In this document: in pieces, positions 20,659-30,293 of the stretch
Layout of the letters: every line of letters starts with the position of its first letter
How positions within the stretch are numbered: position 1 is the stretch's first letter
Assembly (NCBI GenBank): GCA_945874665.1
Contig: CAMCHJ010000002.1
Location: forward strand, 37,937 to 101,936
Source of the DNA: Chitinophaga pinensis
GTDB taxonomy: Bacteria; Bacteroidota; Bacteroidia; UBA7662
Reading direction: 5' to 3'
DNA: 64,000 bases
Notes under the pieces: generated by a model
The model's database searches: none
Seen by the model: only the letters and a program-made list of their open reading frames with translations
Told to the model about the DNA's origin: nothing
Position numbers and translations under genes: made by a program

Positions 20659-20687
20659 GCACGCCATTGCACAGCGCAATTGGCGTG
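20659..20687. promoter_or_regulatory. Near-perfect 12-13 bp inverted repeat with a 4-nt spacer between the uvrA stop and uvrD start. Could be a terminator or attenuator hairpin, or an operator.
   Basis: The repeat is GCACGCCATTGC, acag, GCAATTGGCGTGC. It is followed by aaaccTTATTTTTG and lies 20 nt before the uvrD ATG. Confidence 0.35.
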
Positions 20688-20706
20688 CAAACCTTATTTT
20701 TGAACG

Positions 20707-23085
20707 ATGGACTATTTGAAGTTGCTGAACGAAGAGCAGCGTGCTGCCGTGGAGTGTACTGAGGGTCCGGTAATGATCATTGCGGGTGCCGGATCGGGCA
20801 AAACCCGGGTGCTCACCTACCGGATTGCGCATTTGATGAACAAAGGGGTGGATCCATTCAACATCCTCTCCCTCACCTTTACCAACAAAGCCGCCAAAGA
20901 AATGCGGGCGCGCATCGAAAAAGTGATGGGCAATGAGGCTCGTAACATTTGGATGGGCACCTTCCACAGCGTTTTTGCCAAAATTTTGCGGGTAGAAGCC
21001 ACTAAAATCGGTTACCCTAGCAATTTCACCATCTACGACACCGACGACAGCAAGAGTTTGCTCAAAAGTATCATCAGAGAGCTCAACCTCGACCCAGAGG
21101 TGTACAAGCCCAACATCGCCTACAACCGCATTTCGAGCGCCAAAAACAACTTGATTAGTCCCGAGGAGTACAAAAACACCCCTGAGCTCATCACCGATGA
21201 CATTGCCGCGCGCCGTGGCGAGCTCTACCGCATTTACGAAGCCTATGCCATGCGTTGCTTTAAGTCGGGCGCCATGGATTTCGACGATCTCCTCTACAAA
21301 ACCCACGAGCTCATGCTCGCGTATCCCGATGTGCTCAACAAATACCAGCATCGCTTCCGCTATATTTTGGTGGATGAGTACCAGGATACCAATTTTGCTC
21401 AGTACAAAGTGATCAAGATGCTTGGCGCTGCCAACCGCAATGTGTGCGTGGTAGGCGACGATGCGCAGAGTATTTACGCTTTCCGGGGTGCGAACATCCA
21501 AAACATCCTCAATTTTGAGAAGGACTACCCCGAGCTCAACACCTTCAGGCTCGAGCAAAATTACCGCAGCACCAAAACCATCGTGAGTGCTGCCAGCAGT
21601 GTGATTGCCAAAAACATCCACCAGTTTGAGAAAAATTTGTGGACTGGCAACCAGCAGGGCGACCGCATTCGGCTCATCAGCAACATCAGCGACAATGACG
21701 AAGGGCGTTTTGTAGCCACGGAGATTGCCGAGAAAAAGATGCAAAATCAGCTCAAAAACGGCGATTTTGCCATTTTATACCGCACCAACGCCCAATCACG
21801 CTCCTTTGAAGAAGCCTTGCGCCGGCAAAACATTCCGTACCGCGTGTATGGCGGTTTGAGCTTCTACCAGCGCAAAGAAATCAAAGACATGATTGCGTAT
21901 TTGCGGCTCATAGTAAACCACAATGACGAAGAAGCGCTCAAAAGGGTGATCAATTACCCCACACGGGGCATCGGTAAAACCAGCTTAGACAAGCTTTTTG
22001 TGCTCGCCGACCAAAACAACGTACCGCTTTGGGAAGTCGTGAGTAACATTGCCGCCTACAATTTTGGCAGCGGTGCCAACAAAATCTATGAGTTTTCGAT
22101 GCTCATTCAAGGCTTTCAGGCCCTCGAAAAAAAGATGAACGCCTACGATTTGGCGGCGCATGTGGCCAAACATTCGGGTTTGTACAGCATGTTGTATGCC
22201 GACAAAACCGTAGAGGGCGTGAGTCGCTATCAAAACTTAGAAGAACTCCTCAACGCCATCAAGGAATTCACCGAAAACGACGAAATCATTGAAGGCGAAG
22301 ACATTGACAATGACAAAAGTCTGGGCACTTTTCTCCAAAACGTAGCCCTGCTTACCGATGCCGACAACGACAAAGACCCCGAAAACGCGGATAAAACCGT
22401 TTTGATGACCGTGCACCAGGCCAAAGGACTCGAGTTCAAGCAGGTTTACATCGTAGGCATGGAAGAAAACCTCTTCCCATCGCAAATGGCCCTCAACTCC
22501 CGCACCGATTTGGAAGAAGAGCGTCGGCTGTTTTACGTAGCCATCACCCGAGCCGAGGAAAACCTCACCATCAGTTACGCTCTCACCCGTTTTCGGCATG
22601 GGAGTCTGTTTAACTGCGAACCCAGTCGTTTCATTCAAGAAATCGACCCCACCACCCTCGAAATCATGGGCGCCCGTGCGCCTCAGCATGGTGGTGGCTT
22701 CGATACCGATCGCGGCGGCTGGAACCAAGGCTGGAATGGCTTTGGAGTCGGTCAGGCTGCAGCCCAGCGCCAAACCCCTGCCACTGCTGGTTTCACAGGA
22801 GGAGCGCCTAATCCCGCTACCCGCACTGCAGCCGTGCGCAAACCGCAGCCATCTCCCCAAGCCCAACAGCTGGCGGCTACACGTTTAACACCGGAGGCAG
22901 ACTTTGTGCCAGATAATACCGTAGATTTGGCGGTAGGCATGGAAATCGAACACCAGCGTTTTGGCGTGGGCAAGGTGGTGAGCTTAGAAGGCACCCACCC
23001 CGACACCAAGGCCACAATCTTTTTTCAAGGGCTCGGACAGAAGCAGATTTTGTTGAAATTTGCCAAAATCAAAATAATCACCTAA
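20707..23085 (+). CDS. uvrD: ATP-dependent DNA helicase of the UvrD/PcrA/Rep family.
   Basis: Contains SF1 helicase motifs, including a Walker A (GAGSGKT) and motif II (DEYQDTNFAQY). The C-terminal roughly 100 aa are low-complexity (G/A/P/Q-rich) before a final conserved segment. Confidence 0.92.
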   Translation: MDYLKLLNEEQRAAVECTEGPVMIIAGAGSGKTRVLTYRIAHLMNKGVDPFNILSLTFTNKAAKEMRARIEKVMGNEARNIWMGTFHSVFAKILRVEATKIGYPSNFTIYDTDDSKSLLKSIIRELNLDPEVYKPNIAYNRISSAKNNLISPEEYKNTPELITDDIAARRGELYRIYEAYAMRCFKSGAMDFDDLLYKTHELMLAYPDVLNKYQHRFRYILVDEYQDTNFAQYKVIKMLGAANRNVCVVGDDAQSIYAFRGANIQNILNFEKDYPELNTFRLEQNYRSTKTIVSAASSVIAKNIHQFEKNLWTGNQQGDRIRLISNISDNDEGRFVATEIAEKKMQNQLKNGDFAILYRTNAQSRSFEEALRRQNIPYRVYGGLSFYQRKEIKDMIAYLRLIVNHNDEEALKRVINYPTRGIGKTSLDKLFVLADQNNVPLWEVVSNIAAYNFGSGANKIYEFSMLIQGFQALEKKMNAYDLAAHVAKHSGLYSMLYADKTVEGVSRYQNLEELLNAIKEFTENDEIIEGEDIDNDKSLGTFLQNVALLTDADNDKDPENADKTVLMTVHQAKGLEFKQVYIVGMEENLFPSQMALNSRTDLEEERRLFYVAITRAEENLTISYALTRFRHGSLFNCEPSRFIQEIDPTTLEIMGARAPQHGGGFDTDRGGWNQGWNGFGVGQAAAQRQTPATAGFTGGAPNPATRTAAVRKPQPSPQAQQLAATRLTPEADFVPDNTVDLAVGMEIEHQRFGVGKVVSLEGTHPDTKATIFFQGLGQKQILLKFAKIKIIT

Positions 23086-23094
23086 GCTTATAGC

Positions 23095-23751
23095 ATGGTA
23101 CTAGAATACAATACCGAGCGCGACGATCTCGTGATATCGGAATACGGCCGCAACGTACAGCGCATGGCCCGCCATCTCCACGAAATTGAAGACCGCAACG
23201 AGCGCAACCGCGCAACGGCGCAGGTAATCGATGTGATGGCGCTGCTCAATCCCACCAATCGCGATGCTGTAGACTACAAGCAAAAGCTTTGGGACCACCT
23301 GTTTCAGATAGCGGGCAAGGATTTGGATGTAGATTCGCCTTTCCCGAAGCCCGACAAAGAGGTAGTTTTTCATCAAAACGACCGCTTGAGCTACCCTAAC
23401 CAAGACATCAAAATTCGGCACTACGGCTTGATCATCGAACGTATGATAGACAAGGCCGTAGACATGCCTGAAGGTGCGGAGCGCCAAAGTTTGTGCGAGT
23501 ACATCGCCAATTTTATGAAGATGAGCTACCGGAATTGGAACAAAGTGGTGATCAATGACGAAGACATTTTTCAAGATTTAAAAAAGCTTTCGCGCGGGCA
23601 AATCATTTTATCAACCGAAAGCACTGTGCTTGAAACCAATTACGGCGGTCATGCACCCATCAACCAAATGCCGCGTAAAAACTTTAAAAACAAAGGCCGC
23701 TTTGGCAATACCAACAACAACAATAACCGCAAAAAGAACAACAACCGATAA
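23095..23751 (+). CDS. DUF4290-like protein with an Asn-rich C-terminal tail.
   Basis: 218 aa soluble protein. Its position immediately upstream of murA, with overlapping stop and start, matches the usual Bacteroidota DUF4290-murA arrangement. The tail reads NTNNNNNRKKNNNR. Confidence 0.5.
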   Translation: MVLEYNTERDDLVISEYGRNVQRMARHLHEIEDRNERNRATAQVIDVMALLNPTNRDAVDYKQKLWDHLFQIAGKDLDVDSPFPKPDKEVVFHQNDRLSYPNQDIKIRHYGLIIERMIDKAVDMPEGAERQSLCEYIANFMKMSYRNWNKVVINDEDIFQDLKKLSRGQIILSTESTVLETNYGGHAPINQMPRKNFKNKGRFGNTNNNNNRKKNNNR

Positions 23752-25070
23752 TGGCAAATCTCGATTCATTTGAAGTAGTAGGGAGTCAGCGCTTAGAAGG
23801 CGAAATCACACCCCAAGGCGCCAAAAACGAAGCGCTACAAATCCTTTCCGCGGTTTTATTAACAGCGGAGCCAATGGTCATCCACAACATTCCTGATATC
23901 CTCGACGTGAACAACCTCATCAAGTTGTTGGCAGAGATGGGGGTGGAAGTAACCAAGCTAGGTGAAGGCAGCTACCGTTTTGTGGCCGCCAACATCGATT
24001 TAGACTACCTCAGCTCCGAAGGCTTTCGCTCGCGCGGGGCGGGCTTACGCGGCTCCATCATGATTTTAGGTCCGTTGTTGGCCCGTTTCGGCAAAGGATT
24101 CATTCCTAAGCCCGGTGGCGACAAAATCGGCCGCCGCCGCCTCGACACCCACTTCCTTGGCTTCCAAAAGCTTGGCGCGCGCTTTGAGTACGATGCCAAG
24201 GCCGATTTTTTTCGGGTGTACGGCGACCAGCTCAAGGGCACCCACATTTTGCTCGATGAAGCTTCAGTTACTGGAACGGCCAACGTAGTGATGGCGGCTT
24301 GTATGGCCGAAGGTGTTACCACCATTTACAACGCAGCCTGCGAGCCTTACATACAGCAATTGTGCCGCATGATCAACCGCATGGGTGGCAAAATCGATCC
24401 CAACAGCATTGGCAGCAATCTGCTCCGAATCGAAGGTGTAAAAAAACTTGGCGGTACAGAGCACCGCATGCTCCCAGACATGATTGAGGTGGGTAGTTTT
24501 ATTGGATTGGCCGCCATGACCAAGGGCAGCATCACCATCAAAAACGCTGGTATTGAGCATTTGGGTGTGATTCCTGATACCTTCAAGCGCCTCGGTATCA
24601 AAATGGAATTCCGCGGTGATGATATTTTTATTCCAGAGCAAGACAGTTACACCATCGACACTTTCATCGATGGCTCTATCCTCACCATAGCCGATGCCCC
24701 TTGGCCTGGGCTCACCCCCGACCTGCTAAGTATTGTACTCGTAGTGGCCACCCAAGCCAAAGGATCGGTCTTGGTGCATCAAAAAATGTTTGAAAGCCGC
24801 TTGTTCTTCGTCGATAAGCTCATCGACATGGGCGCACAGATCATTCTTTGCGATCCGCACCGTGCTACCATCATTGGCCTGGATAGGCGTTACAGCCTGC
24901 GCGGCATCCGCATGACCTCCCCCGACATACGTGCCGGTGTGGCTCTGCTCATCGCCGCCCTGTCAGCCGAAGGCACCAGCATCATCGACAATGTAAACCA
25001 AATCGACCGTGGCTATCAGCACATCGAAGCTCGCTTAAAGGCTTTGGGCGCACATATTCGTCGGGTTTAA
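23751..25070 (+). CDS. murA: UDP-N-acetylglucosamine 1-carboxyvinyltransferase. Asp replaces the fosfomycin-target Cys.
   Basis: 439 aa and aligns along its length with E. coli MurA (…RGSIMILGPLLARFGKGFIPKPGGDKIGRRRLDTHF… versus …[36 protein letters not shown]…). Residue 124 is Asp (codon GAC at 24120-24122) where E. coli has Cys115. Confidence 0.95.
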   Translation: MANLDSFEVVGSQRLEGEITPQGAKNEALQILSAVLLTAEPMVIHNIPDILDVNNLIKLLAEMGVEVTKLGEGSYRFVAANIDLDYLSSEGFRSRGAGLRGSIMILGPLLARFGKGFIPKPGGDKIGRRRLDTHFLGFQKLGARFEYDAKADFFRVYGDQLKGTHILLDEASVTGTANVVMAACMAEGVTTIYNAACEPYIQQLCRMINRMGGKIDPNSIGSNLLRIEGVKKLGGTEHRMLPDMIEVGSFIGLAAMTKGSITIKNAGIEHLGVIPDTFKRLGIKMEFRGDDIFIPEQDSYTIDTFIDGSILTIADAPWPGLTPDLLSIVLVVATQAKGSVLVHQKMFESRLFFVDKLIDMGAQIILCDPHRATIIGLDRRYSLRGIRMTSPDIRAGVALLIAALSAEGTSIIDNVNQIDRGYQHIEARLKALGAHIRRV

Positions 25071-25091
25071 CCCAATTTACCCCTCTAAAAC

Positions 25092-25131
25092 ATCGGCTTC
25101 CGTGGCATTGGCTCGGAAGCCGATTTGTTTT
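25092..25131 (+). terminator. Rho-independent terminator of murA.
   Basis: An ATCGGCTTCCG stem with an 11-nt loop and CGGAAGCCGAT, followed by TTTGTTTT. Confidence 0.8.
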
Positions 25132-25170
25132 CTGGGCTGGCTGCGCACCTCTATAAACTGCTTGAGGTAC

Positions 25171-25344
25171 TCAAAAATCAGGTGGAAAACGCTGTAAATT
25201 ACGGTTAACGGCCTTGTTTAAGTTACAGGTAGTTACGCCATATAAAAAAGCCAAATCCTTATCCAGCATCACTTTTTGTCCCCTGATTTCATAAATGCTC
25301 GCGATGATCGTATCTAAAGCAAGCTCAACCATTTTCTTTTCCAT
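25171..25344 (-). pseudogene. Truncated ORF6N (KilA-N/Bro-N-like) domain gene fragment. Relic of a mobile-element or phage-associated gene.
   Basis: A 57-aa ORF ([57 protein letters not shown]) matches the conserved N-terminal ORF6N consensus. It stops exactly where full-length members continue. It is below the 60-aa ORF-track cutoff. Confidence 0.6.
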
Positions 25345-25575
25345 AAGCAATCGTTTTTAAACCCATTAACTTGAAATTCCAGAATGGAATATCAAGTCAA
25401 TGGGCATCCATGTTTCTCAACCTAAAAATAAGCGATCCTTTTGAGCCTATCAGCATCACTAAAATAGTTGCTCAAAACACAAGAAAAACCAAATCAAGAC
25501 TACACAAACATTCTAAATGCCCCATTGAATTACGTAGAATAAATCGTATCTTCGCAGCCAAATTCGAATATACAA

Positions 25576-25995
25576 ATGTCTGGTAAGTACACTTTTACGA
25601 TGATTAAGCCTGACGCCGTGCGCGCTGGCAACATTGGCAACATTTTAGCCATGATCAACAAGGCAGGTTTCCGCATTGTGGCCATGAAATACACCAAATT
25701 AAGCGCCGAACAGGCTGGTAAATTTTATGAAGTACACGCTGCTCGTCCGTTTTACGGAGAACTCGTTGAGTTCATGAGCTCTGGTGCGTTGGTAGCCGCC
25801 ATTTTGGAAAAAGACAATGCAGTGGCAGATTTCCGTACGCTCATTGGCGCCACCAATCCAGCCGACGCCGCTGATGGCACCATCCGCAAACTATATGCAG
25901 CCAACGTAGGCGAAAACGCCGTACACGGTAGTGATAGCGACGAAAACGCTGCCATCGAAGGTCAGTTCTTCTTTAGCGGCCTCGAGCGCTTCTAA
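25576..25995 (+). CDS. ndk: Nucleoside-diphosphate kinase.
   Basis: 139 aa with FTMIKPDAV, an active-site His context (NAVHGSDS) and YAANVGEN. Confidence 0.95.
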   Translation: MSGKYTFTMIKPDAVRAGNIGNILAMINKAGFRIVAMKYTKLSAEQAGKFYEVHAARPFYGELVEFMSSGALVAAILEKDNAVADFRTLIGATNPADAADGTIRKLYAANVGENAVHGSDSDENAAIEGQFFFSGLERF

Positions 25996-26012
25996 AAACC
26001 AAATCCGTTTTA

Positions 26013-26048
26013 AATCCCAGACAAGCCAGCTTTGTCTGGGATTTTTTT
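26013..26048 (+). terminator. Rho-independent terminator of ndk.
   Basis: An AATCCCAGACAA stem with loop gccagc and TTGTCTGGGATT, followed by T7. Confidence 0.85.
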
Positions 26049-26059
26049 TATCATTGACC

Positions 26060-26746
26060 ATGAACTGGGAAGCTTTTTGGAACAAACAAGCCGAGGCCAA
26101 CAAGCCTGCAGCGCAAGTAGGCCGCATCAATGCTGGGGACTTGCCCAGCGAGCAGTTGCACAGCCGGATAGCTGCCCACATAAGCGACAGGCTTCATCTA
26201 CAACCCACCGATCATCTTCTTGATGTGTGCTGCGGCAATGGCGAAATCACGACCCTGCTAGCACCCCAAACGGCCTTTTGCATGGGTGTTGACCTATCGC
26301 CCAAGCTAATCGCACTGGCCAAAGCCAATCACCAGCAACAGAACCTCCATTTTAGTCGCGCCAACGCCCTGCAGTTAAGCGGACTCGGCAGGAGCTTTAA
26401 CAAAATCAACCTTTACTTCTCCTTTCAATATTTTGAGGATTACGAAACCGGACTTCGGGTTTTAAGTGAGCTGGCCGCCCTGCTCGTGCCCGGCGGCAGC
26501 ATCTTTATAGGCGATACCCCCGACGCTAGCCGCTGGGGCCGCTACTACAACAGTCCGATCAAAAAAATACGCTACTTCTACCAAAAATGGCGTGGTACCG
26601 AAGCCATGGGCAAGTTTTGGCATCCCCAAGAATTTGAAAAGATGGCTGAATGGCTGGGACTCGAACTACAAATTTTGCCGGAACCCGAAGATTTGCCATA
26701 TGCTTGGTACAGATTTGATGCTGTATTTGTGAAAGCCCTGGCTTAA
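26060..26746 (+). CDS. Class I SAM-dependent methyltransferase (Methyltransf_11/25 type).
   Basis: Motif I is LLDVCCGNGE. The ATG at 26060 lies downstream of the ndk terminator. The longer ORF-track start at 25931 overlaps ndk and its terminator. Confidence 0.7.
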   Translation: MNWEAFWNKQAEANKPAAQVGRINAGDLPSEQLHSRIAAHISDRLHLQPTDHLLDVCCGNGEITTLLAPQTAFCMGVDLSPKLIALAKANHQQQNLHFSRANALQLSGLGRSFNKINLYFSFQYFEDYETGLRVLSELAALLVPGGSIFIGDTPDASRWGRYYNSPIKKIRYFYQKWRGTEAMGKFWHPQEFEKMAEWLGLELQILPEPEDLPYAWYRFDAVFVKALA

Positions 26747-26979
26747 TATTGCATTAAAACCACAGTACTTAAGTACAAACTCCCATCCCTTGAACATCGT
26801 CCTCGGAATTTTGCGGCGGTTAGTGCTCGTACCTTAGCAGGTTTAGAACCAAAACCGCCTGCTTTGGCCATGGTGCAAGTCGATTTGAAAGTCGCAATAA
26901 AATGGAACAAACAATTACTCCCTTAGACATTATATTATAAATGAAGGCAACCGATTCGCCATCTTTGCCAACCCTGATC

Positions 26980-28083
26980 ATGCAAGCAAACACAAATATT
27001 GATGTACTCATTATTGGCCACGGTTTGGCTGGTGCCACCCTGGCCACTGCGCTCGAACAGCTGGGCAAAAAAGTATGCATCATCAGCCAACCGATGCCTG
27101 GCGCAGCCTCGCAAGTGGCTTCTGGCATGTGGAACCCCCTCACCTTTCGCTTGCTTTTAAAATCATGGCGAGTCGATGAGCTGCTGCCTGTTGCGCTTAA
27201 CTTTTACACCGCTGAAAGTGCGCGTTTGGGCATTTCTATGCTCCAAAACCTCGATATTTTACGCATTTTTCCTGACGAATCAGCCGATATTCGTTGGCAA
27301 GAGCGCTTGCAAGAGCCCGCCTTTGAAGCTTATTTGAGTCCGGAACAGCCCACAAGCTTGCCGCATAACATCGAACTCAAACAAAAACAAGGACTCGTTA
27401 AACAAGCGGGCTGGCTCAATTTACCCGTTTATTTGCAAAAAGATAGGGACCATCGATTAGTGGATGGCAGTTTACTTGAGCAGGCCTTTGAGTTCAACGA
27501 CGTTCATTTTTCGCCCGATGGCCTTCGGTGGAACAACATTTGCGCCCAGCAACTGGTACTTTGTCGCGGGCAATTTGAGCGCCACCACCCCTGGTTCAAC
27601 TGGCTACCGCTCAAACCTGCGCAAGGCGACATCCTCACCCTGCACATCCCCCAAATAAAACTGGAGCAGATTTATAACGCAGGCTTTTTCATCTTGCCGC
27701 TGGGCAACGACCGCTACCGATTAGGCGCCACCTACGAATGGGAACAGCTCGCAGCCGGTCCCACCGCTGCTGGCAAAGCCGAACTACTGGCTAAATTTGA
27801 GACGGTGTACCATGGCACCTACGAAGTGCTCGACCACCAAGGCGGTATCCGTCCTACCGTTGCCGACCGCCGGCCTTTGTTAGGCTTCCACCCTGCGCAA
27901 GCCCGTCTCGGTATTTTTAACGGGCTTGGCACCAAAGGCGTGATGATTGCCCCCTATTTCGCACGGCAATTTGCGCAGGTGCTTTGCGCAACCGGCACCA
28001 TCGAAGATGAAGTAAATATTAAACGTTTCAAAAAGCGCTACGAGCAGCATACGGGCAGCCGATGGAATGATGTAGCTTTGTAA
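26980..28083 (+). CDS. FAD-dependent oxidoreductase (DAO/glycine-oxidase-like family).
   Basis: An N-terminal Rossmann motif (VLIIGHGLAGATLA) lies at residues 8-21 from the ATG at 26980. The protein has a DAO-type fold length. Confidence 0.7.
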   Translation: MQANTNIDVLIIGHGLAGATLATALEQLGKKVCIISQPMPGAASQVASGMWNPLTFRLLLKSWRVDELLPVALNFYTAESARLGISMLQNLDILRIFPDESADIRWQERLQEPAFEAYLSPEQPTSLPHNIELKQKQGLVKQAGWLNLPVYLQKDRDHRLVDGSLLEQAFEFNDVHFSPDGLRWNNICAQQLVLCRGQFERHHPWFNWLPLKPAQGDILTLHIPQIKLEQIYNAGFFILPLGNDRYRLGATYEWEQLAAGPTAAGKAELLAKFETVYHGTYEVLDHQGGIRPTVADRRPLLGFHPAQARLGIFNGLGTKGVMIAPYFARQFAQVLCATGTIEDEVNIKRFKKRYEQHTGSRWNDVAL

Positions 28084-28093
28084 AAAAACGATT

Positions 28094-28876
28094 TTGGCAC
28101 GACCCCTTATATTAGTTTGCAACGACGACGGTATCCACGCCCCAGGTATCAAAGCGCTTATTGAAGCTGTTGAGCACTTGGGCGAGCTGGTAATTGTAGC
28201 CCCCGACCGACCCCAGTCGGGCATGGGACACGCCGTTACCATTGGCGAACCCTTGCGCATCAACGAAAAAACCGGCTTGTTTGGCAAGCATAAGGCCTAC
28301 GAAACCACAGGCACGCCGGTCGACTGCGTAAAACTAGCTGTGGATCGCATTCTCCATAAAAAGCCCGATTTACTTGTATCTGGCATCAACCATGGTGCAA
28401 ACAGCTCGGTAAACGTAATTTACTCAGGCACCATGTCGGCCGCGGTTGAAGGTGCCATCGAAGGCATTCCCAGTGTGGGCTTTTCGCTTTGCGACTTTGC
28501 TTATGATGCCGATTTTAAGCTCGCCGCCAAAGTTGCCAAGCAAGTGGCAGCGCTTATCCTTCAAAACGGACTCATGCCTGGCACGCTACTCAACGTAAAC
28601 ATCCCCAAAATAGCGGAACCAGACTTTAAAGGCATCAAAGTATGCCGCCAAGCAGCTGCCAAATGGAGCGAAAACTTTGAAGAACGCACCGACCCGCATC
28701 AAAAAAAATACTATTGGATGGTTGGGGAGTTCCTTTTACTGGAAAACAGCACCGACACCGATGAGTGGGCGCTGGCCAACCAATTCGCCAGCATGGTGCC
28801 AGTACAGTTCGACATGACTGCCCACCACGCCATTCCTTACCTCAACAATTGGAAATTTGAGCAAGCAGGTCAATAA
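28094..28876 (+). CDS. surE: 5'/3'-nucleotidase SurE.
   Basis: Starts LILVCNDDGIHAPGI with the conserved DD. Has the SGINHGAN motif and is 260 aa. Confidence 0.92.
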   Translation: MARPLILVCNDDGIHAPGIKALIEAVEHLGELVIVAPDRPQSGMGHAVTIGEPLRINEKTGLFGKHKAYETTGTPVDCVKLAVDRILHKKPDLLVSGINHGANSSVNVIYSGTMSAAVEGAIEGIPSVGFSLCDFAYDADFKLAAKVAKQVAALILQNGLMPGTLLNVNIPKIAEPDFKGIKVCRQAAAKWSENFEERTDPHQKKYYWMVGEFLLLENSTDTDEWALANQFASMVPVQFDMTAHHAIPYLNNWKFEQAGQ

Positions 28877-29150
28877 TATTTTAGTGGGTTTGCTGCTAGG
28901 CTTGCTTGGTCCTGGCGGACTCCTTTGGCTATTATTTGCTTGGAAAGGTGGTGATACCAGCTTCATTGACTTTTTAGCACGGCAAAACCAAGGCCGTTTA
29001 CTCGCACCCGTACTCAGCCTTTGCGCCTTAGCCAATTTAGGTAGCTTCTGGCTTTTAATTCAACGTCAGCAATACGATAAAGTAAAGGGTGTGATTTTCG
29101 CCACCTTGCTTTTGGGCATCACCATTGTATTTCTCAAGTTCCGCGCATGA
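28857..29150 (+). CDS. Small hypothetical membrane protein (two TM helices) between surE and lpxB.
   Basis: 97 aa with two hydrophobic helices. It overlaps the surE end and its stop overlaps the lpxB start, consistent with translational coupling. Coding status is not proven. Confidence 0.4.
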   Translation: MSKQVNNILVGLLLGLLGPGGLLWLLFAWKGGDTSFIDFLARQNQGRLLAPVLSLCALANLGSFWLLIQRQQYDKVKGVIFATLLLGITIVFLKFRA

Positions 29151-30259
29151 AAATTTACCTCATAGCTGGTGAAGCATCGGGCGATTTGCATGCCGCCAAC
29201 CTCATCCTCGCCTTCAAAAAGCTGCATCCTGATGCCGAATTTAGGGCTTGGGGAGGTGATTTGATGGCTGCCGCAGGTGCCGAGGTCGTAAAACACTACC
29301 GCGAATTAGCGTTTATGGGCTTTGCAGAAGTTGTGCGCAACCTGCCCGCTATTTTAGGGAATTTGCAGTTTTGTAAAGACGATATCCGCGCTTTTGCCCC
29401 CGATTTGGTGGTATTTATAGATTATCCTGGCTTCAATTTAAGGATAGCGCCCTTTGTAAAAAGCTTAGGCATTCAAACAGCTTATTACATATCGCCTCAG
29501 CTTTGGGCTTGGAAAGCAGGCCGGGTAAAAATCATCCGCGCACACATCGATTTGATGATTTGCATTTTGCCTTTTGAGGAAGCTTGGTTTGCGCAACACG
29601 GTGTAAAAGCCCACTACGTAGGCCATCCGTTGCTCGATGCACTGGCCAAATATCCTTTTCAAACCGATTTTAAAGCCGCCCACCAGCTCGATGAGCGCCC
29701 CATTCTCGCCTTGCTACCTGGAAGTCGCAAACAGGAAATACGACTTAAATTACCCATCATGTTGGCCGCAGCCAGCAGGTTTACAGGTCATCAGGTATTG
29801 GTGGCGGCGGCACCAGGACAAGAAGATTCGTTTTATACAGAAGTAGCGGCAGGCAAAGAAATGCGCACCGTGCGCAACCAAACCTACGATTTGTTGCGGA
29901 ATGCCGAGGCGGCCATGGTTACCTCTGGCACAGCCACCCTCGAAACCGCCCTGTTATCGTGTCCCGAACTGGTAGCCTACAAAGGCAGTCGTATTTCATA
30001 CGCCATAGGCCGGCAGTTGGTGAAAGTGAAATACATCAGTTTGGTGAACTTAATTCTAGACCGTTTACTTGTCAGAGAATTCATTCAAAACGACTGTACG
30101 GCAGAAAAACTCGCGAACGAAACCGAGCAATTACTTCACAACACGGCTTACCGGCAACAGCTCAACACTGGCTACAAAGAATTGCAGCAAACACTCGGCG
30201 GTGCTGGTGCCTCCGCCCGTGCTGCTGCCTTGCTCTCAAACTTTATAAAAGCTTTGTGA
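29147..30259 (+). CDS. lpxB: Lipid-A-disaccharide synthase.
   Basis: 370 aa starting MKIYLIAGEASGDLHAANL, with a GT19-family fold. Confidence 0.92.
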   Translation: MKIYLIAGEASGDLHAANLILAFKKLHPDAEFRAWGGDLMAAAGAEVVKHYRELAFMGFAEVVRNLPAILGNLQFCKDDIRAFAPDLVVFIDYPGFNLRIAPFVKSLGIQTAYYISPQLWAWKAGRVKIIRAHIDLMICILPFEEAWFAQHGVKAHYVGHPLLDALAKYPFQTDFKAAHQLDERPILALLPGSRKQEIRLKLPIMLAAASRFTGHQVLVAAAPGQEDSFYTEVAAGKEMRTVRNQTYDLLRNAEAAMVTSGTATLETALLSCPELVAYKGSRISYAIGRQLVKVKYISLVNLILDRLLVREFIQNDCTAEKLANETEQLLHNTAYRQQLNTGYKELQQTLGGAGASARAAALLSNFIKAL

Positions 30260-30293
30260 TTTCAAATTCTATTTTCATATTTGCACTCCCATT

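Noticed and set aside
20629-21744. 371-aa ORF on the - strand, plus 22237-22866 (209 aa) and others.
   Set aside because: Antisense to the uvrD/pcrA helicase gene, whose SF1 motifs define the true frame. Spurious.
25931-26746. 271-aa version of the methyltransferase ORF starting inside ndk.
   Set aside because: The extended N-terminus would overlap the ndk 3' end and read through the ndk terminator hairpin at 26013-26048. The ATG at 26060 gives a sensible start, so the longer ORF is an upstream in-frame artefact.
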